Shown here piece after piece: positions 55,246 to 64,000 of a stretch of 64,000 bases of DNA. The notes under the pieces were generated by a model that worked only from the letters and a program-made list of their open reading frames with translations, ran no database searches and had not been told where the DNA came from. The position numbers were made by a program, and so were the translations under genes. Each line of letters begins with the position of its first letter. Position 1 is the first letter of the stretch. Source of the DNA: the human T2T-CHM13v2.0 reference genome, Homo sapiens; assembly GCF_009914755.1 (NCBI RefSeq), contig NC_060932.1. The stretch is one strand, 5' to 3'.

Positions 55246-58200
55246 CATACCATTTCAAAAACCCTCTTTAACTATCCAGTGTCAGCCTGGCCACTTTCCC
55301 CGATTGTCAGGATGGATTAACTGCCTAGTTTGACTCAAACCTGCTTTGCATGGAAAATGCAGCCACAGTTACATCGACTGGCCAGAACTTCTGCCTCCTT
55401 CCCTTTGTTTCATCTTGGAGCTATGCAGGAGATGCTTAAGAAGTAGACTGGCCAGATCCAGAAGCAGAGATATCAAGTTCTATGACACGTGGGAGATATT
55501 GCCCTGGATTATGGTTATCTGTCTCTAGAGCCTAAACTTTAAGGGCAGGGGTTTTATCCTACCCGTCTTGGTATTCCACCCATCACCAAGCATCTGGCCC
55601 AGGAGAGGTGATCAATAACTATTGATGGTTGTTGTTGGTAATGATGAGGAGGAGTCATTCTCGCCTCTCTGAGCATCACATAAGACTGGCAAGGTATTGG
55701 AAGCTTTGAAGGAGACATGCACCTCCCAGAGCCCTGGTGCTTCAGAATGGGAATAAGGACATTCCAGCTTTCACTTGCAATTCAGCTCTCAACCCCATCT
55801 GTCCTTGATTGTGTGCGCAGAATTTCACAGGCAGAGCTGACGCGTTTAAAATCCACCACAGATTCTTGAGATATTAGCGTTGGCAATGGCTCCTTGTTAA
55901 GTTTAATTTATATGCAAGGTATAGAAAAATATCTACCATCCCCAAAATCATTGTGGGTGACCAGGGAGTCTATGGAAATATCCATAATTTCAATGGAGCA
56001 GGAAGGACCAGTGTTAATATCTCTTAGAGACAAGTGCCGTGTTTTCTACAAATATCTTTTTAGAAATACTAGGACACAGAAAAGAAGCATCTGAATGATC
56101 AGTTTCAGTCCTGGGTCTGCCATTCACTTAGCTGTGAGACTTTAGACACACTACCTGATTGCTTAGTACTTCCATTTGCTGACTTAGAGCATTCTTGTGA
56201 AGATTCGAGAAAATAAATGAACAATAAACACTTAGAAGAGTGCCTGGCACACAGTAGGCACATAATATTTATCCTATACACTTACTTAGTGGAAAAACAG
56301 TAAACCACTAACTCTGCTCTCACTGAACTCTTCTTTTTGTTGAGGGAATTTCTAAACATTAAGTTCCCTAAAATAAATTCCTCTTCTAAATGCAGCATTC
56401 ACCGTGAACTGCCTCAGAACTCTTATCTCATGCTAACCATGAGAATGCATAAACCTTGCTCAAGACTTACTTCCACCCAACATAGTTCCTCAAAATCAAA
56501 TCCTTCCCAAGTTATGTCTAATTGAAAAAACCCACCTCCCCTCCCCAGCGCCCCTGTGGAGAACCACCTGACCTAAGCCACTACTCTCTGACCTTTCTCT
56601 TATCAGGTAGGCAACCCAGCATGCTCTTCCACAGTGTTTTGGATGAAAAATCATGTGTGTTAATCTTCTCTACAATTCAGCCTTTAGCTGCTTTGAAATA
56701 ATGTATTACATAGTAATGTCGCCTTTGCTTTAAAGATGCAACCCAAGCCCAGAGGCACAGAACCAATTAGGAGCAAACCTGAGGCTGCTCCTTCAACTCT
56801 CAGTCCAATGTACTCACCACTGAGAGCAGAAACATATCCTACGGTCCTTCTGTGGTTCTGCGGTTTTCAACACCACGTTGAGTTCATGAGCAGTGCTCAC
56901 TTGGTATGTACTTGCTGATAGAAAATGTCATTCAAGTACTTTGACTTCTCTGATGAACACATCATAAATAAGCCAAGAATTAAGGCCTTTTCTGGCAATG
57001 GTCAGATTCAGACTTTGAGACAGTGCTGCCACATTGCCATGACAACTGGTGGAAATGATCCAAATTAGAATATGTCCCTAAAATTTTTCCAGATACTGTC
57101 CGATGTTATCAGTCCAGTTGGTCCCCAGGTGATCTTTGACACAGAAAAGAGGCTTCAGGCAGATGCCAGGTCAGATCCTGGGTCTTAGATTTTTATTTCA
57201 GAGGAGCAGACACCCACAACTGTCTTAGAACTAATTTGGTTTTCCGAAGTTCCCTTAGATGGGGTTAGAATAAACCCTCCACTATTACTCTGCATCAGAA
57301 AGGATCTCTCAGACTTACCCAGATTTGTAAACAAGCAACAGAGCCAAACTAGGTGGCTTCAGAGGCCAGGTAGTAAAAAAGGAACGACTGTCTAGAAAGC
57401 TTAGACTGCTGGTATCTCACTTCCAGAACTTAGGAAAATCACTTTACTTCCCTAAGATTCAGTTTCCTCATCTGTAAATTAGGGAGTTAAGTCTAGCTGA
57501 GTGCTAAGATCTATTCTAGATTTTACAATCATTCTGGTCTTAGAAGTAAAACAATGAATTCTCATCTAACGTTGACTCTATGTCATCCGTTACTAACCCC
57601 TTTGACCTGATTTCTATCAGGTCTCTCTAATATAGAACTTTTAACATACCTGATTGCATGCTTGTTTTACCACTAGCCATAAAACCTGCTCCCTGTTAAA
57701 GTGAAAATTATACCATTTTAAACAGAAGCACCTTATTATTTCTCACCGTACTTTTGATTCAAAAGCATAATGAATGTTCATGCCAAAAATGTGACAAAAT
57801 AAAAAAGAAAGCAAAACATCTCATAACTCAGAGTAGTCACTGTTAATATCAGTATATATTTCTTTACAATATTTTCCAAGTGTATGTGTGCACAAATAGA
57901 TAATACAAATCATATAGTGTATGCCACTTCATATAGAATGCTGTACTCAGCACTGTGTTATGAAAATTTTCCCAGGCTTCCATCTTAATGTCTGAATAAT
58001 TTTTCATCAAATCAAAGTATCTGATTCCTTTTTGTTGGAACATTTGGGATGTGAGAAGACTCTCATGATCTGGCAACAAAAGAGGGTCTTTGACAAAGGA
58101 TACTTGGAGTTTCAAGGACAGGTGTCCCCTTTTCAGACAGCCAGGCGACAGGAAAGCAGTACTTGGTAAGAGACCTTCCATCCATCAGCTTCTTGGTCTG

Positions 58201-58362
58201 TATATTTAAACATTTGCATCACCTTCTTAAGTAGCCATTGTTCTGATCATAGGGCACCCTCTGCTCTTTCCCCTCTATTGGACAACACATCTGTGACCCC
58301 AGTGACAAGGAAAGTAATATGGGATATGGAAGAAAACCAGAGATCTCAGTTTTAGGAGGTCA

Positions 58363-58780
<418 letters not shown>

Positions 58781-59614
58781 TTAGCTTCCTCTCCCATCTT
58801 ATGCTGAAAATGTTGTACTGATGATTTTATATTGGTATATGCCTTGCTACATAGAAACACATAGGTCTGTTTATTTAATCTGTTGTGGTTTGTCTTCATA
58901 GTATTTTCCTTGATTAGAATTTTCCAGCAAATAAAGAGAGATACACATTATCTGGAAAAAAATCAGTCACTGGCATGAGATTTTCTTACCCCTTTCTTCT
59001 CTATTTTTCTTCCCCAATAATCATTTGTAATAAAAGAATAAGAGTTTGCCTTTCTATCTAAGATGTTGATTTCTGGAAGCTTCTTTTTAAATTCTTGAGA
59101 AGCCGGCATGACATGAAATCTTCCCAACTCACAGATGGAGATTCAAAGACAGAAGGAGTTGAGGATTGGCCCAAGGTTACACTGTGCATAAGGAGACAGT
59201 CAGCACTGAAACTGGGCTGGTGATTCTGAGTCTCATGTTTTGACCACATTCCCTACTGCTGGGGAATTCCTGGGATTTTTGCATTCCTTGGAAGTAAAAC
59301 AAGGATATGTTTTCAGCAAATAACAGGAGGACAATAGCCAGTATACAATATCTGTAGGATGACTCTTCCTTGGCGGGGGGCGGGGAACCCTCCGTATGGA
59401 AGAATAAGATTGGTGGACAACTGTTCATTTTTAAGAAAAAAGCAACACATTTTCATTTATCTAATAGATATTTACTAAGTACTATGTGTAAGTTACCTTG
59501 CTAGGTACTTTAGATAGAAGACAAGAAAATGATAAGATACAGTCGCTGCTTAATACAAACTACTCAACTAGTCCAGGAGCCATATCATTTCTTTCTTAGA
59601 AAAGAGCCTGACAC

Positions 59615-59952
<338 letters not shown>

Positions 59953-60195
59953 TTAATCAATAAATCAAAGCATGTAATAATAATGTTAGCTAAGCCATAT
60001 CTAGCCTTTGCTATTTGCCAAATACTTTGCATTATCTCTTTTAATACAATAATTTTATGAAGATAATATTATTCTCATTTTATAAACTAGAAAAGTGAGG
60101 ATTAGAGAGAATAAATTTTGTTCAAAGTCATAGAACTAATCAACTCAGGACTTAAACTAAGTCTGTCTGACCTCAGAGTCCATGCCCCAAGCCCC

Positions 60196-60625
60196 TGATA
60201 GAAGAAAAACTTCAGCTGAATTAAATTTAAAGGTGTTTAATTGAGCAGTGAATGATTTGTGAATCAGGCAGCCCCCAGAATCACAGCAGATTCAGAGAGA
60301 CTCCAGGGATGCCTCGTGGTCAGAACAAATTTATAGATAAAAAAGGGAAGTGACCTACAGAAATCAGAAGTGAAGCACAGATAGAGCTAGATTGGTTACA
60401 GCTCAGTGTTTGCCTTATTTGAACACAGTTTGAACACTCAGCAGTGTATGAGTAGCTGAAGTACCACTGCTGGGATGGGCCAAGACTCAGCTACTGTTAC
60501 AGGCGCAAACTCCTAGTTAGGTTTTCAATTTTGTCTACCTATTAAGTTAGGTTGCAGTTCATCCACAAGGACTCAAATATAGAAGTACAGAGTCCTTCTC
60601 GGGCCATATTTAGTTTGTTTTAGCA
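60196..60625 (-). mobile_element. Solo ERV1 LTR (MER57-like)
   Basis: TG...CA termini; reverse starts tgctaaaacaaactaaatatggcccgagaaggactc; 4-bp near-TSD CCCC/CCTC. Confidence 0.75.
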
Positions 60626-62029
60626 CCTCTTACCCTTAAAACTGTGCAAGCCCCCCCACCTCCAGCTGATACTCTCTCTGTGTGAGTATATGTGACTTTT
60701 GGATATTTAATACACATTTCAGAAGAGAAAAAGATTTTTCTCTCCAAATTGCAGCATCAATTATTGGCATCAATGCACAATTTCCTGCTTTTTACCAATG
60801 TACAAACATGTTCTACACTACTGCAACTGGTCTATATCTGTGCTAAGCTTTCACTCAATATTATTTGGTATAAAGAGTTCAAATACTTGAATTCCACCAG
60901 CTATATATCATATTCATGTCAGTATCTATTAAATATACACTACTGGTGCAGTTTACTATTATGGGATATTTAGGTTACTATTTCACTTTCACTCTGATGA
61001 ATAGCATTGCCATAACAAGCTATAAACATTTATTCCTTTGGTTAATAATCATATCATTGAGATCATGGAATCAAATTATTGGATCAAAGTGCGTGAACAA
61101 GTTTATGATCCCTAACCTATACCAGGTTGCTTTGCAGAAGGTCTGGCCAATTTCCAAAGTCATCAGAAATGAGCTGGTGCGACACTTAGCCCCGAATCCT
61201 GCCAACACTTAAAAAAAATCATTCAGTTTTCTTAATTTAACAGATAAGGTGGAACGGTGATGCTTAGTTTGAATTTCTTCATTACTAGAGAAACTAAAAC
61301 TTTTCTATATTTTCCTAAATGTATTTTTCTATGTATATAACACTTCATTTATCCTTTTCCTTCTTGCATATTAAGGGGATAATTTTTTTAAACCCAAGGA
61401 AAAGCATTTATATAATATTGCTATAAATAATTCTAAGAAACTCTGAATTTCAGTTGACTAACAGTTTTGGGTTACCTGCGCTTTGCACAGGTACCATCGT
61501 AAGATCCAAATAAATTACACAATTTTTAAAAATGTAGTTGTCTGAGAAGTTAGAGACGGTGTCAAGTGATACCAACTATCTGACACAACCATGTGGCAAT
61601 TTGATTAAACACTTGTGATTCCATAAATGGCAATACCACTCTCCCAATTTGTCAGTGATGCTTACTTGGTGGTTTTCTTTAAGAGTTTCAGGCTCCTTTG
61701 ACAATGTGATAGAAATCTGTGGGTTATTTCCACGGAAAATATCCATATGCACACATTTTGCACAACGTTTCACCGACTTCCTAGGGTGCCAAGTTAATAA
61801 TCCCTGTTTTACAGCAATCTTGGACTTATCTCTATCATTGTTTTTTTCATTTGAAATATTTCTCCCAGCTGCACTGTGCTCCACATCCCCCTTGCCAATC
61901 CCCCATTCCATATCTGAGGTTACAGAATGGAAAAGTGCAGGAGAAAGATATAAATGGCCACTTTTTAATGATATCATTATTGCGATGAGCTCTGTGACAG
62001 AGCTAAGGCCAGCGTGCTATGTAGGAAAG

Positions 62030-62690
62030 CCATCATCTGGTTTGAGTCCATGTTGCTCACCCAGACAATCACAATAGCTTCCTAACTGGTCTCTCCATTT
62101 TTCTCTTGCCTTCTTCACCAGTTCATATTTTGCCCAGTAGAACAACATGCCTCTTTAAAGCCTAATCAGATCATATTCCTCCTTCATAAAATTCTACAAT
62201 CACTCTAAGAATATAATTCGAACTGCTATCTGCATAGCCTCCAAAGCTGTACATGATCTGGCCCTGCCCTCTCTCCTGCTGCTCTCTGCTTAGCTGTGTC
62301 CATTCTAGCCCCACTTTCCTTCTTCTGCCTCAGGACCTTGGCACTTGCAAAACCCTCTGCCTATGCCACACATCTCTTAGAGCTTCCCATGATCTGCTTT
62401 CTCTCTCCATTCAGATCTCAGATGACTGAGAAGTGCATTCCCTGATCACATCATCTAAAATCTTATCTTCGTCTAGATCACTCTTTTCTCTTTATCTTGT
62501 TTTATTATTTTTCATCATACTTGACACTACCAGGCACTTTATTTACATGTTTGTTTTCTGACTTTCTCCCTCCAACAGGTATCAGGATGACAGAGTCTTT
62601 GTTTATTTACAAATATATCTCCAGGACTTAGATCAGCACCCGATACACATGTGCATTTTCTCAACAGATGTTTGTTAAATAAATGTTGGG
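62030..62690 (+). mobile_element. L2 3' remnant
   Basis: cctaactggtctc...cctcaggaccttggcacttgc...tgtttgttaaataaatg. Confidence 0.65.
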
Positions 62691-63548
62691 GTTACCACTC
62701 TACGTATACACATTAGACCACAACTAATTTCTATTACCAGAGTAAAAAGTTAAAAACAGGTTTTTTTTAAAGTAAAAGCCATGAACTACTCCTAAAAGAA
62801 TAACATAAAAATTGTAACAACTAACAGTCTGATATTCACATATGAAATTTACCTACCATTGTGAAAAATTGGCATGAGAAGACTAGATTTGTAATTTTTA
62901 TTAAAAAAGTTGTTATGCATTGTATTTGAAAAAATCAGTACAAACACCTGTTAAAGCAGTGAAACTACATAGAAAGATTATTAAATTAAAAATAAAATTT
63001 CTCCTACTGTTCACATGTTAATCTACTTTACATGGCATTTTGCAATTGCTTTTTTATTTTAAACCTAATAATGTGTCTTGGACTTTTTTTAAAAAAAAAA
63101 ACTCAACCCTTGAGCCTCCACTGAATTCTTTTCAAAAGTTTGAGAAATACCTTTGACTTAATAGGCTATAACTTATGAATGGGCATTTAGATTGTTTCTA
63201 GGTTTATGCTATTACAAAAATTTTTTTTGAATATCTGTGTGTATGTATATATACATGTATATGTCTGTAGACCATATATAATAATATATACCATATGGTG
63301 CATGACGTAATGTATTATATATAATGGAAAATATTTGTCACATACACTGAGTGGATAGATAGATACAGATATATCTACAGAGAGAGAGAACGATAAGTTC
63401 CTAGTACCAAAATATTTGAATGAGATATCACCAAATTGTTCTTCTAAATATCATACCAATTGTGCTCTTATCAGTAAAGTATTACAATTCCTGTTTAATT
63501 TTACACGTGCCAACTTTGGACATTAGTTAAACTTAAAAATTATAATCT

Positions 63549-63889
<341 letters not shown>

Positions 63890-64000
63890 TCATCCTACAC
63901 TAGTCCCACCCCTTACACAGCTTCCAAATCTGCCCCTATTTTTCACACCGCTACGCACATCCTATAACAAGCCAATATATGTTTGTCGAATGGATACATG

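Noticed and set aside
61576-62077. Overlapping antiparallel 133-aa and 142-aa ORFs
   Set aside because: No recognisable domain or splice context; consistent with chance ORFs next to L2/L1 remnants.

Overview
Human genomic DNA, consistent with chr8p21.3. The window holds the complete SLC18A1 (VMAT1, vesicular monoamine transporter 1) gene on the minus strand. I reconstructed 15 coding exons by hand (ATG at 48078, TAG at 12895-12893). All introns are GT-AG and the exons sum to 1578 nt (525 aa plus stop). A non-coding first exon ends at 50177 and a polyA signal lies at 12004-12009. This haplotype encodes Thr4/Thr98/Gly130/Thr136/Val392. The rest is typical primate intronic and intergenic DNA (Alu, L1, L2, MIR, MaLR, MER elements). 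The most distinctive accessory element is a ~4.9-kb HERV-W RNA retrocopied by L1 into intron 10: R-U5...U3-R-polyA, 13-bp TSD, an Ile-type PBS, an RNase H-like pre-gag segment and four microhomology-bounded deletions. Beside it is a full-length gene-sense MaLR provirus. Candidate regulatory oddities are a junction-created strong-Kozak uORF, a tandemly duplicated exon 3 acceptor, inverted Alus in intron 15 and tandem polyA signals. I found no convincing evidence of a wholly new biological system; the findings are hypotheses about a known locus. Repeat subfamily calls and some repeat boundaries come from recall of consensus sequences and are approximate.
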